This document shows positions 10,324 through 18,986 of a stretch of 64,000 bases of DNA, piece by piece. Made by a program: the position numbers and the translations under genes. Source of the stretch: Nitrospinota bacterium. GTDB taxonomy: Bacteria > 2-12-FULL-45-22 > JACOWJ01. The notes under the pieces are model-generated. The model was not told the DNA's origin, searched no databases, and saw only the letters and a program-made list of their open reading frames with translations. The stretch's first letter is position 1. Each line of letters starts with the position of its first letter. Location: the NCBI GenBank assembly GCA_016176845.1, contig JACOWJ010000025.1, forward strand, positions 5,364 through 69,363. Direction: 5' to 3'.

Positions 10324-11538
10324 TCCCTCCAGGAGCAGCAGGTCGGGCTCCTCGAGGTACTCTCGGACTCTGCCCAGGAACAAGACGGCCTCCCGGCCAT
10401 CGATGGCCCGATGATCGAAGGAGAGACACAGGTACATGAGAGGGCGCACGACCAGCTCTCCCTTCCGGACTACCGGCCTTTCCACCACCTTATGGACTCC
10501 CAGAATGGCCACGTTGGGCTGGTTAATGATCGGCGTGGAGAGGAGGGCGCCAAAGACCCCAGCGTTGGTGATACTGAAGGTGCTCCCCACGACCTCGTCC
10601 GGGGTTAGCTTCCGTTCCCGAGCGCGGAGGGCCAGGCCTTCCAGCTCCCGGGATAGCTCCACGATCCCTTTCTTATCGGCCCTTTTGATGACCGGTACGA
10701 TCAGCCCCTCTTCCACCGCCACGGCCACTCCAATATGGTAATATCGCTTGAGAACGATCTCTTCGCCTTCGATCGAACTGTTGGCGGCAGGATACTCCTT
10801 CAGGGCATTCACGGCGGCCCGAATGATAAAGGGCAGGTAAGTGAGATGGGTGCCATACCGCTCCTCCACCAGAGGCCGATATCGTTCTATCAGTCCCTGT
10901 ACCGCGCTCATATCGGCCTCGTCTACCGTGGTCACGTGGGGGGAAACGCGCTTGCTCATCACCATATGCTCCGCAATGCGCCTGCGCATGGGGCTGAGTG
11001 GGACCCTTTCTTCCAGCCCTTCCGCGACGGCTGGGGGGCGTTTCCCCGGTGCAGGGCGTTCCTTCTCCAGGTATTCCAGGACGTCCTTTTCGGTAATCCG
11101 GCCACCGGCCCTTTCTCGGGTGATCTCCCGGAGGTCTACCCCGCGCTCTTTGGCCAGCCTTCTGGCCGCCGGGGAGGCCTTGATCTCCTCGATCTCCCTC
11201 CCTGCAGGGGCCCTCTCGACCCTCTCCGGCGCCTTCTTTTCGATCTCCTCTCTTTCGAGGGCCGCCAGCCTCTCCATCTCTTCTTGAGAGATCTCCTCCC
11301 CTTCTAACGCGATGATGCCCAACTTCTGCCCGATCTGGACCTTTTCCCCCTCTAGCACGATGATCTTTGCCAGCGTCCCCCCCTTAAAGGCCGTGACCTC
11401 CACGCTGATCTTCTCCGTCTCCAACTCCGCCACCGGCTCATCCCGCTCGACCCTCTCGCCTTCCTTTTTCAGCCACTTCGTTACCGTAGCCTCCACCACG
11501 CTTTCCCCCAGCGGGGGAACCACAACCACAACCGGCAT
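10321..11538 (-). CDS. 2-oxoacid dehydrogenase E2, dihydrolipoamide acyltransferase
   Basis: Lipoyl domain ELETEKISVEV, E3-binding ASPAARRLA, catalytic DHRAIDG. Confidence 0.93.
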   Translation of the reverse strand: MPVVVVVPPLGESVVEATVTKWLKKEGERVERDEPVAELETEKISVEVTAFKGGTLAKIIVLEGEKVQIGQKLGIIALEGEEISQEEMERLAALEREEIEKKAPERVERAPAGREIEEIKASPAARRLAKERGVDLREITRERAGGRITEKDVLEYLEKERPAPGKRPPAVAEGLEERVPLSPMRRRIAEHMVMSKRVSPHVTTVDEADMSAVQGLIERYRPLVEERYGTHLTYLPFIIRAAVNALKEYPAANSSIEGEEIVLKRYYHIGVAVAVEEGLIVPVIKRADKKGIVELSRELEGLALRARERKLTPDEVVGSTFSITNAGVFGALLSTPIINQPNVAILGVHKVVERPVVRKGELVVRPLMYLCLSFDHRAIDGREAVLFLGRVREYLEEPDLLLLEG

Positions 11539-11622
11539 AGGGATTCTCCTTGATCTCTTGGCTAGTTTGTGATGATTTTGCGGCCTTGGGGGAAGGTGAT
11601 TCTCGATCGTGCCCTCTGGCCC

Positions 11623-12600
11623 TCACGCCTCGCAGGTCTCCCTGACCCCCTGCACGATCTTTTCGGTGCTGGGCAGGTAGTAGTTCTCCATGGTAGGAGC
11701 AAAAGGGAAAGGGGTATCCAGGCCAGCGATCCTCTTCACCGGGGCATCCAATTTCCAGAAGAGCTCCTCGGCCAACATGGCTGCGATCTCTCCCCCGATC
11801 CCCCCCATTTTAGGGGCCTCGTGGATCACGACCGCCCTCCGCGTTCGGCCCACGGAGTCAAAGATCGTCTCCTTGTCCATCGGGTAGAGGGTCCGCAGGT
11901 CGATGACCTCCGCCTCGATGCCCTCTTCTGCCAGCTTCAGGGCGGCCTCAAGCGACCGATAGAGCATCAGGCCGAAACTGATGAGGGTGACATCCTTTCC
12001 CTTCCGGGCGATCCTGGCCTTTCTGATGGGCACGATATACTCCTCCTCCGGGACCTCCTCTTTGATCGAGCGGTAAAGCTTCTTATGCTCGAAGTAGAGG
12101 ACAGGGTCTTCACACCGGATGGCCGCCTTCAGCAGTCCCTTGGCGTCGTAAGGAGTTGAGGGGGAGACCACGATCAGCCCGGGGATCTGGAACCAGGCCT
12201 CGACGCTCTGTGAATGGTAGACGCCGCCCCCTACTCCCCCTCCATAAGGACAACGAACGGTCATCGGGACATTCAAGGCCCCATTGTTGCGCCAATGGAG
12301 CTTGGCCGCCTGCTGGACCAGTTGGTCGAAGGCGGGGCTGATGAAATCGGCGAACTGGATCTCTGCCACGGGTCGCAATCCGGACAAGGCCGCTCCCACG
12401 GAAACCCCAATAATCATAGACTCGGCGATCGGGGTATCGATGACCCGCTCCTCCCCAAACTTCTCCAGGAGGCCGTAAGTGGCCTTAAAAACCCCTCCAT
12501 AGATCCCCACGTCTTCTCCCAGGATGATCACCGAAGGGTCCCTCTCCATCTCTTCATGCAGGGCATCGTTAATGGCCTGAATGTAGGTGACCTCTTTCAT
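11623..12600 (-). CDS. 2-oxoacid dehydrogenase E1 beta subunit
   Basis: GEDVG..GGVF, DTPIAE, EIQFADF, IDLRTLYP. Confidence 0.93.
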   Translation of the reverse strand: MKEVTYIQAINDALHEEMERDPSVIILGEDVGIYGGVFKATYGLLEKFGEERVIDTPIAESMIIGVSVGAALSGLRPVAEIQFADFISPAFDQLVQQAAKLHWRNNGALNVPMTVRCPYGGGVGGGVYHSQSVEAWFQIPGLIVVSPSTPYDAKGLLKAAIRCEDPVLYFEHKKLYRSIKEEVPEEEYIVPIRKARIARKGKDVTLISFGLMLYRSLEAALKLAEEGIEAEVIDLRTLYPMDKETIFDSVGRTRRAVVIHEAPKMGGIGGEIAAMLAEELFWKLDAPVKRIAGLDTPFPFAPTMENYYLPSTEKIVQGVRETCEA

Positions 12601-12657
12601 TCCTTTTTCTCGCTTTTAGAAGCAGGGGTTAGGGCCTAGCCGAAAAATTAATCCCTT

Positions 12658-13626
12658 TTAAAGAGCGGTCGCATAGACGTCTTTCAGCACGTCCTCGGGG
12701 TCGGGCCGCGGGCTATTCTCGGCATAATCGATCGCCTCATCGATCTCTGCCGCGATCCGGCGGATGATCTCGGCCTCCTTCTCTTCCGTGAGGATGCCTT
12801 CCTCGAAGAGGTACCTTTTGAAGCGAGGGATGGGGTCCTTCTTCTTCCAGGCTTCCACCTCCTCCTGAGGCCGGTAGGGCGCCAGATCGATATCGGAGTG
12901 GCCATACCAGCGATAGGTCGTGCACTCGATCAGGGTGGGACCTCCGCCGCTCCTGGCCCGTTGGAAGGCCTCCCGGCAGGCCTCGTAAACCTTCAGCACA
13001 TCATTGCCATCGACGCTCACCCCGGGAAAGCCATAGGCTACGGCCCTCACCGAGATATCTTCCGCCGCCGTCTGGAGCCGCAGGGGGACCGATTCAGCGT
13101 AGAAGTTGTTCTGGCAGATGAAGACCACCGGCAACTTATGGACTCCGGCGAAGTTGAGGGCCTCGTGAAAATCCCCTTTGCAGGTGGCCCCCTCTCCGAA
13201 GAAGGTAACGGCGAGGTTATCCCGCCGATGGTTCCTGTATCCCAGGGCGACCCCTACCGCCACCGGGATCTGCATGGCCATCAAGGTGGCGGGGACCAAG
13301 ATGTGGTAGCGGGGGTGGCCGAAGGTGCAAGGGTGCATCTTGCCCCCGTCGGGGCTTTCCTTGCGAGCGTAGACCTGGCACACGACCTCCCGAATGGGGA
13401 CCCCGCGGGTGATCATCGCCCCGATCTCCCGATGGGCGGGGCCGATAAAATCGTCCTTTTTCAACAAGTAGGTGGGAACTACGGTGGTGGCTTCCTGTCC
13501 GATGGCTGAGAAGTAAGTTCCTTCGAAACGGCCTTGCCGGAATAATCTCCGGAGTCGGTCGTCCAGCGTGCGGGTCAACAAGAGGAGATCATATAGCCGC
13601 TCCAGATCCTCTCGGGTTAGTTCCAT
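12658..13626 (-). CDS. 2-oxoacid dehydrogenase E1 alpha subunit (TPP)
   Basis: FFGEGA..GDFHEALNFA..NN TPP motif; TYRWYGHS. Confidence 0.93.
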   Translation of the reverse strand: MELTREDLERLYDLLLLTRTLDDRLRRLFRQGRFEGTYFSAIGQEATTVVPTYLLKKDDFIGPAHREIGAMITRGVPIREVVCQVYARKESPDGGKMHPCTFGHPRYHILVPATLMAMQIPVAVGVALGYRNHRRDNLAVTFFGEGATCKGDFHEALNFAGVHKLPVVFICQNNFYAESVPLRLQTAAEDISVRAVAYGFPGVSVDGNDVLKVYEACREAFQRARSGGGPTLIECTTYRWYGHSDIDLAPYRPQEEVEAWKKKDPIPRFKRYLFEEGILTEEKEAEIIRRIAAEIDEAIDYAENSPRPDPEDVLKDVYATAL

Positions 13627-13715
13627 TCTCTCCCTCCTGCAAAAGGCTGCGGGTCATCGATCATGAACCCGAGGAACGATTCATGACCCATGACCCTCTC
13701 ACGAATAGGATCCTC

Positions 13716-13759
13716 TTTCATGCCCGGGGGCGGCCAACTTAGCTTGGCCATGTCGGTTT
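13716..13759 (+). repeat. Partial copy of the ~80-nt repeat arm (family X)
   Basis: TTTCAT..GGGGCGGCCAACTT..GGCCATGTCGGTTT matches the copies at 14245, 14395, 47144 and 54528. Confidence 0.7.
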
Positions 13760-14231
13760 AGGCCGCCATTTTAGAGCCAAATTTCCCTTGCTTCGGATTG
13801 ACCAGCCTCTCGAAATCGGCATATTTCATCCGGATGCTCTCGCCGTGGGTGCCCGCATTAAACGTGATGTACTCATCCCTCTGCAACGCCTCGTCCGCAT
13901 AAACCTCTAGATTGTAAAGGTTGCCAAAGGGGGGCATGGCCCCGACCTCGCAGTCCGGGAAGAGGCCTTTAAACTCCTCTTCCGTGGCCAACCAGGTCTC
14001 TTTCCCGATAAAGGCTTGGAGTCGATCGAGATCGATCATGTAATGGGCGGGTGCCACCACCATGACATATTTGTCCTCTCCGACCTTGACGATCACCGAT
14101 TTGGCCCACTCTCGCCCTGGGATGTGCTGAACGGCCGCCAATTCCTGGGCGGTATAGGCCTCCTCATGCCGGTAGGACTTGTAATTGATGTTATTTTCAT
14201 CCAGGAACTGTTTCAATTTTCTAGCCGGCAT
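13758..14231 (-). CDS. YbaK/ProX aminoacyl-tRNA editing domain protein
   Basis: AKSVIVK, LATEEE..FPDCEVGAMPPFG, FNAGTH. Confidence 0.9.
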   Translation of the reverse strand: MPARKLKQFLDENNINYKSYRHEEAYTAQELAAVQHIPGREWAKSVIVKVGEDKYVMVVAPAHYMIDLDRLQAFIGKETWLATEEEFKGLFPDCEVGAMPPFGNLYNLEVYADEALQRDEYITFNAGTHGESIRMKYADFERLVNPKQGKFGSKMAA

Positions 14232-14244
14232 CTCTTTTCCCTCC

Positions 14245-14478
14245 CTAATTTTTACCGTTAAAATGCCAGGGTCTTTCTGAAGGACCTTTTCATCCGCAGG
14301 GGCGGCAAACCCTGCTTGGCCATGTCGGTTTGTTCTTATATTCTAATTATAATTTTAATTCCCTCCCTTGCATCTTCACAAGAAAACTTTTATGAAACCG
14401 ACATGGCCGACCGAAGTTGGCCGCCCCCGGGAATGAAAACGGCCCCCGGAAGACTCGGGCATTTTCACGTTAAAATTC
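14245..14478. mobile_element. MITE-like element: two inverted ~80-nt family X arms around an AT-rich spacer
   Basis: 14245-14331 and 14395-14478 are imperfect inverted copies. Confidence 0.65.
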
Positions 14479-14538
14479 CCGGGGAGGGGGCTCTGTCCCC
14501 GCTCGGGGGGGCCTCTCCCCTTTGGGGAGTGGGCATCG

Positions 14539-15075
14539 TTACGCCTCCTCCCAGTACCTGTGGTATTCCGCGAGATAGGAAAGGGTTTTAAGGCTTTTCA
14601 TCCGATCGAGAAACACCTTCCCCACAAAGTGATCATACTCATGCTGAATTACCCGGGCCAGGAAGAGACTGGCGACGAGGTTGACCTCTTTCCCCGCCCG
14701 ATCGTAGGCCTGAACCTCCAACTGGATGTGGCGGGGGACCTTACCACGAAGATCGGTCACGCTGAGACACCCCTCCCAATCCTCTGCCATCTTCTTCTCG
14801 GGGGGAAACGTGATCCTGGGATTGATCAACACCATCAGGGGAATCTCCGGGGCGCCAGGATAGCGAGGGTTCTTCTGCACCTCGATCACCATGATCTGCT
14901 TGGATTCATGGACCTGCGGCGCGGCCAGCCCTACGCCATCATACTCCCGCATCGTCTCGACCATATTCTCAATAAGCCGCTGGACCCTTGAAGAGGGGAT
15001 CTCTTCCAGGGGAAGGAGATCGGCCGCCTTTCTCAATACCGGATGTCCCAGCTGGGCAACTTTTAGAATCGACAT
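14539..15075 (-). CDS. def: Peptide deformylase
   Basis: GVGLAAPQ, EGCLS, QHEYDH. Confidence 0.95.
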   Translation of the reverse strand: MSILKVAQLGHPVLRKAADLLPLEEIPSSRVQRLIENMVETMREYDGVGLAAPQVHESKQIMVIEVQKNPRYPGAPEIPLMVLINPRITFPPEKKMAEDWEGCLSVTDLRGKVPRHIQLEVQAYDRAGKEVNLVASLFLARVIQHEYDHFVGKVFLDRMKSLKTLSYLAEYHRYWEEA

Positions 15076-15095
15076 CCCTCTGATTTGCCTCTTTT

Positions 15096-15426
15096 CAAGT
15101 TAGGGAACAGGTTACAGGGGACAGGGAACAGGGATCGTCACTCCTTCCCCTTGTCTTTTTCCTCTTGTCTCGCGTTTATCTTCTCATCACTGTCCATCTG
15201 GTAAATCCTGTCCTTCCTGTTAAAATGGAAATTCCTATACGATCAAGTTAGCTCGTAGCTCGTAGCTCATAAAGGGCTGAGCTCCGAGCTGAAAAAGGAA
15301 ATTCGCTTAAATTAGCCCATGGCTCATGGCTCAAAGCTTTTGCTATGAACAATGAGCTACGAGCTATTTGGCTAACAGCAGGCTGAACTTCAAGCTGAAA
15401 ATAACAATTCCTCTAGGTTCAAGTGA
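15096..15426 (+). repeat. Tandem array of three different heptamer-hairpin cassettes
   Basis: CAAGTTA at 15096 and 15244; tails at 15222-15250, 15292-15314 (truncated) and 15398-15426 (degenerate). Confidence 0.75.
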
Positions 15427-15492
15427 GCACACCACCCAGCCTTTGGCTGGGTCACTCCGGGAAGGAACCGGCTCTCAGAGGTTTCAGTTCCT

Positions 15493-15699
15493 CTAATTTC
15501 TCTTGCTGAGGACCCTCAGCGTCAGCCCCTTTCAGGGTCAGTAACCGACGAGGGCCGTTGCCACCAGAAAGACCCCCATGAAGGCCAGCAACCAACGGCT
15601 TCCTCCCTCAGCGATCCAGATTGCCAGCGCGACCGAGATGAGACCCAGGAGGATCCTCAGAACCTGCTCTCCTTTCCCCACGTTCTTTGCATCGATCAT
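15493..15699 (-). CDS. Putative selenoprotein, DUF2892/YgaP-like membrane protein with two in-frame TGA codons
   Basis: GGAGG RBS; MIDAKNVGKGEQVLRILLG...ALVGY-TGA-CCC-TGA-KGLTLRVLSKRN-TAG; first TGA lies at the family GxCP cysteine; selA and tRNA-Sec are in the window. Confidence 0.75.
15505..15526 (-). promoter_or_regulatory. Candidate bacterial SECIS hairpin
   Basis: GCUGAG-GGUC-CUCAGC starts 11 nt after the second UGA; a second GCUGA arm starts 11 nt after the first UGA. Confidence 0.6.
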
Positions 15700-15861
15700 A
15701 ATCTCCTCCGCAGCTTAGTGGTTCATTTAACCTACGCGGCGTCCCCCCGACAGGTGCGGGGAAAGGAGGCCGCTTCAATGAAAACCGCTTGTCGCTTAGT
15801 TTAACAGAGACTGCTTCTGATGACAAGGTGGCGGCTGAGGTTGACTTCCATGATCTGCTCG

Positions 15862-15945
15862 CAAGTTATGGATTAGGGATTAGGGGCTAGGGATTAGCAA
15901 AAGCTCTTCTTTCTTACTAGCCCCTAGCCCCTAGCCCCTAATTTA
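15862..15945. repeat. Heptamer hairpin, GGGCTAG type, without tail
   Basis: Same arms and loop as 24720-24804 and 52249-52364. Confidence 0.85.
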
Positions 15946-15949
15946 AGGA

Positions 15950-15978
15950 TTGATTTTGTCCGATTGAGGTTATATAAT
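15950..15978 (+). promoter_or_regulatory. sigma70-type promoter for the ferredoxin-pdxA-rsmA operon
   Basis: TTGATT-17 nt-TATAAT. Confidence 0.6.
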
Positions 15979-16032
15979 CCGGCTTGGTTTTCCCAAGAGA
16001 GGGTTCAATCTGGCTCAAGGAGGTGAAAGGAA

Positions 16033-16212
16033 TTGGTAGTCGAGATCAATGCGGATGATTGTACGGGTTGCCAGGTGTGCGTGGATACCTGTCCGAACGG
16101 CGTGCTGGCCTTAGAGAATGACGTCTCGGTGGTAGAAAACCCCGATGATTGCGATGATTGTGGCTCTTGCATCGAGTCTTGTCCGATGGAAGCCATCGCC
16201 GAGACCAGCTGA
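16033..16212 (+). CDS. 2[4Fe-4S] ferredoxin, 59 aa, not in the ORF track
   Basis: GGAGG RBS, TTG start; CTGCQVCVDTCP and CDDCGSCIESCP. Confidence 0.9.
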   Translation: MVVEINADDCTGCQVCVDTCPNGVLALENDVSVVENPDDCDDCGSCIESCPMEAIAETS

Positions 16213-16239
16213 AAAACTGGCTCGCCCTTTAAAAATGCC

Positions 16240-17244
16240 ATGGGAAAATTCCCCATCATTGCCATCACCTCGGGAGATGCTGGGGGGATCGGCCCTGAGA
16301 TCCTCCTGAAGGCCTCCGTTCGAGAAGAGCTCACGGAGAGCTGTCGGCCCCTGATCATTGGGAGCTGGAAGGTCTTGGAAGAAGCGGCCTGCCGCCTGGG
16401 ACTACCCCTGAAGATGAGGCGAGCCCGGGTGGAGGACTGGCAGCCTTTGCCCCAAGGTGTAGCCACCGTGCTCGACCTGGACAACCTCGGTCCAGAGTGG
16501 GTCTTTAGGGGCCAACCTTGCCCCGAAACGGGGAGGGCGGCCGCGGAGTGCATCCTTAAGGCGGTAGATCTGGCCCTTGCGGGGGAGGTCGATGCCATCG
16601 CCACCGCTCCGCTGAACAAGGAAGGGCTGAATCTGGCGGGTTACGCCTATCCTGGCCATACGGAGCTGCTGGCCAAGCTTACCCAGACCACCGATTACGC
16701 CATGATGATGGTGGACGGGGAACTGCGCGTGGTCCTGGTGACCACCCATCTGCCCCTCAGAGAGGTCAGCGCTGCCCTTAGCCGGGAGAAGATCCTGCGG
16801 ATCGTCCGCCTTGCCAGCCGCTCGCTCTCAGCCCTCTTCGGGGTGGCCCGGCCTCGGATCGCCGTGGCCGCCCTCAATCCTCATGCCGGCGAAGGAGGGC
16901 TCTTCGGTCGGGAGGAGTTGGACCATATCACCCCTGCCATCGAAGAGGCTTGCTCTTTGGGCGTAGAGGCTAGTGGACCCTATCCGGCTGACACCCTGTT
17001 TCACCCGCAGCGGAGCCGGGAGTTCCATGCGATCGTGGTGATGTACCATGATCAGGGCCTCATCCCCATCAAGATGGCCGCTTTTGGCGATGCGGTCAAC
17101 GTGACTCTGGGGCTGCCCATCATTCGGACATCGGTGGATCATGGGACAGCGTACGATATCGTTGGACGAGGCATTGCCAATCCCGCCAGCCTGTTGAAGG
17201 CCGTCCGGTTGGCAGCCAAGATGACCTTGCACCGGGCTGGTTGA
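16240..17244 (+). CDS. pdxA: 4-hydroxythreonine-4-phosphate dehydrogenase
   Basis: GDAGGIGPE, GHTE, NPHAGE, MYHDQG, RTSVDHGTA. Confidence 0.95.
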   Translation: MGKFPIIAITSGDAGGIGPEILLKASVREELTESCRPLIIGSWKVLEEAACRLGLPLKMRRARVEDWQPLPQGVATVLDLDNLGPEWVFRGQPCPETGRAAAECILKAVDLALAGEVDAIATAPLNKEGLNLAGYAYPGHTELLAKLTQTTDYAMMMVDGELRVVLVTTHLPLREVSAALSREKILRIVRLASRSLSALFGVARPRIAVAALNPHAGEGGLFGREELDHITPAIEEACSLGVEASGPYPADTLFHPQRSREFHAIVVMYHDQGLIPIKMAAFGDAVNVTLGLPIIRTSVDHGTAYDIVGRGIANPASLLKAVRLAAKMTLHRAG

Positions 17245-18080
17245 TGCAACAGAAGGAGCTAATTCAGCGGGCCGGGATTCATCTGAAAAAGGGGCTTGGG
17301 CAACACTTCTTGGTAGTTCCGGGCGTCGTAAGAGGAATCGTTCGCCTGGCCGCCCTCACCCGTGAAGATACGGTGCTCGAGGTGGGCCCGGGTCTCGGTA
17401 TTCTGACGATTGCCCTGGCAGAAGCAGCCGGGAAGGTGATCGCCCTGGAGAAAGACGAGAAGCTTTATGGGGTGTTGCAGGAGCGATTGGCTTCCTATCC
17501 CCATGTGGAGCCAGTATGGGCCGACGCCCTCTTCTTCGACTACGCTTCCTTAGAGCCGGGGACGAAGGTGGTTTCTAACCTTCCTTATTCCATTGCCAAC
17601 CCCCTCCTCTTTCGGTTCCTCGAACAGCGCGGGCGAATTACCGAGATGGTCCTGATGTTTCAGAAGGAAGTGGCCGACCGCTTGATGGCCCCTCCTGGAG
17701 GAAAGGAGTATGGCCCCCTTTCCCTGGCTGTTCAGCTCTATTGTCGGGTGGAGAAGGGCTTCAAGGTGCCTCCCTCGGCCTTCTGGCCCCGACCAAAGGT
17801 CGACTCGATGGTGGTTCGGATTACGTTGTCGGCCATGCCCCGGGTGGAGCTGGCGAGCGAGGGGCTCTTTTCCCAGATCGTACGGGCCTCCTTTGCCCAA
17901 CGGCGCAAGACCCTGCTGAACAACCTGAAGAGGGCCAATCTCCTCAGAGGAGACCCCAGGATTTGGGAAGAGGTTTGCCATCAAGTAGGGATCGACACTA
18001 CTCGACGGGGAGAGACGCTGAGCCTGGAGGAGTTTGCCGCCCTGAGCAATTATGTGGCCTTCCGGGGGATGATTGAATGA
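17244..18080 (+). CDS. rsmA: 16S rRNA dimethyladenosine transferase
   Basis: KKGLGQHFL, LEVGPGLG, SNLPY, FWPRPKVDS; TGATG overlap with pdxA. Confidence 0.95.
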   Translation: MQQKELIQRAGIHLKKGLGQHFLVVPGVVRGIVRLAALTREDTVLEVGPGLGILTIALAEAAGKVIALEKDEKLYGVLQERLASYPHVEPVWADALFFDYASLEPGTKVVSNLPYSIANPLLFRFLEQRGRITEMVLMFQKEVADRLMAPPGGKEYGPLSLAVQLYCRVEKGFKVPPSAFWPRPKVDSMVVRITLSAMPRVELASEGLFSQIVRASFAQRRKTLLNNLKRANLLRGDPRIWEEVCHQVGIDTTRRGETLSLEEFAALSNYVAFRGMIE

Positions 18081-18889
18081 GAATTTTGACTGAGAAGGTA
18101 AAAGCCTTGGCCAAGGAATGGGGGGCGGATTTGGTGGGGGTAGCCCCCCTGGAGCGATTGACCGATGCCCCATCTCTCTTTCAACCTGCCGGCCTCTTCC
18201 CCCAGGCGGCGACCGCCCTGTCCCTGGCGGTCCGGCTGAACCGGACCATCCAGGAGGTTCATCTCGTGGGCCGGGGGGACTCTCCCTTCTCTCGGTTCGG
18301 CTCCTCCATCCTCGATGATCGGTTGGACCAGATTGCGCTTCAGGTCGCCAACTTCCTGGAAGACATGGGGTACCCGTCCTGTCCGCTACCGGCCTCCGGC
18401 CCCCTTCACCGGTTGGACGAGGGGAAACCGATCTTCTCCCACCGACACGCTGCCATTGCGGCCGGCTTGGGCCAACCGGGCTGGTCTTCCAACCTGATCA
18501 CCCCCGAGGGTGGGGCCGGTGTGAGGCTGAGCACCGTCCTGACCTCTGCCGGGCTGATCCCCAATCCCCTTCTGAGGGGCGAATGTTGTCATCGGTGTAT
18601 GGCCTGTGTGAAGGCCTGTCCCACAGGGGCAATCCACCGCCAAGAGGCGGTCTCCCTGAACGTGGGAGGCCAGAGCTATTTCCACGCCACGCTCTCTCTT
18701 TCCAAGTGCCTTTGGGGCTGCAGTGGTCTGCCCCTTCCTCCCCCTGAGATGCCCGAGGAGGCCTCCCTCATACAAGCCCTGAAGCCCTTATCGGAGGCCC
18801 TTTCCTCTCATCTCCCTCTTCGCTCGCCCTGGGATTTTTCCTTCTGTGGGCGTTGCCAGGCCGTCTGCTTCCCGCCTTCATTTCGTTAA
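18077..18889 (+). CDS. QueG-like (epoxyqueuosine reductase family) Fe-S protein
   Basis: GADLVGVA, SHRHAAIAAGLG, CHRCMACVKACP, CGRCQAVC. Confidence 0.7.
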   Translation: MRILTEKVKALAKEWGADLVGVAPLERLTDAPSLFQPAGLFPQAATALSLAVRLNRTIQEVHLVGRGDSPFSRFGSSILDDRLDQIALQVANFLEDMGYPSCPLPASGPLHRLDEGKPIFSHRHAAIAAGLGQPGWSSNLITPEGGAGVRLSTVLTSAGLIPNPLLRGECCHRCMACVKACPTGAIHRQEAVSLNVGGQSYFHATLSLSKCLWGCSGLPLPPPEMPEEASLIQALKPLSEALSSHLPLRSPWDFSFCGRCQAVCFPPSFR

Positions 18890-18986
18890 TGATTAACGCA
18901 GACAAACATGGTATATAAAAAAGCGAAGTCCCCAAGGGTCTCTTTAGGGGTGAAGAGGGAAATAATTACGTCATCAAAGGAGCGAA

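Noticed and set aside
15096-15426. Cassette arrays as integron attC sites or CRISPR
   Set aside because: GTT precedes AAC (opposite to attC polarity), there is no integrase or cas gene, and the units recur elsewhere rather than being unique spacers
15445-15475. SRP-RNA-like CCGGGAAGGAACCGG
   Set aside because: Lacks the surrounding SRP helix and the GCAGC element; the adjacent perfect hairpin is better explained as a terminator
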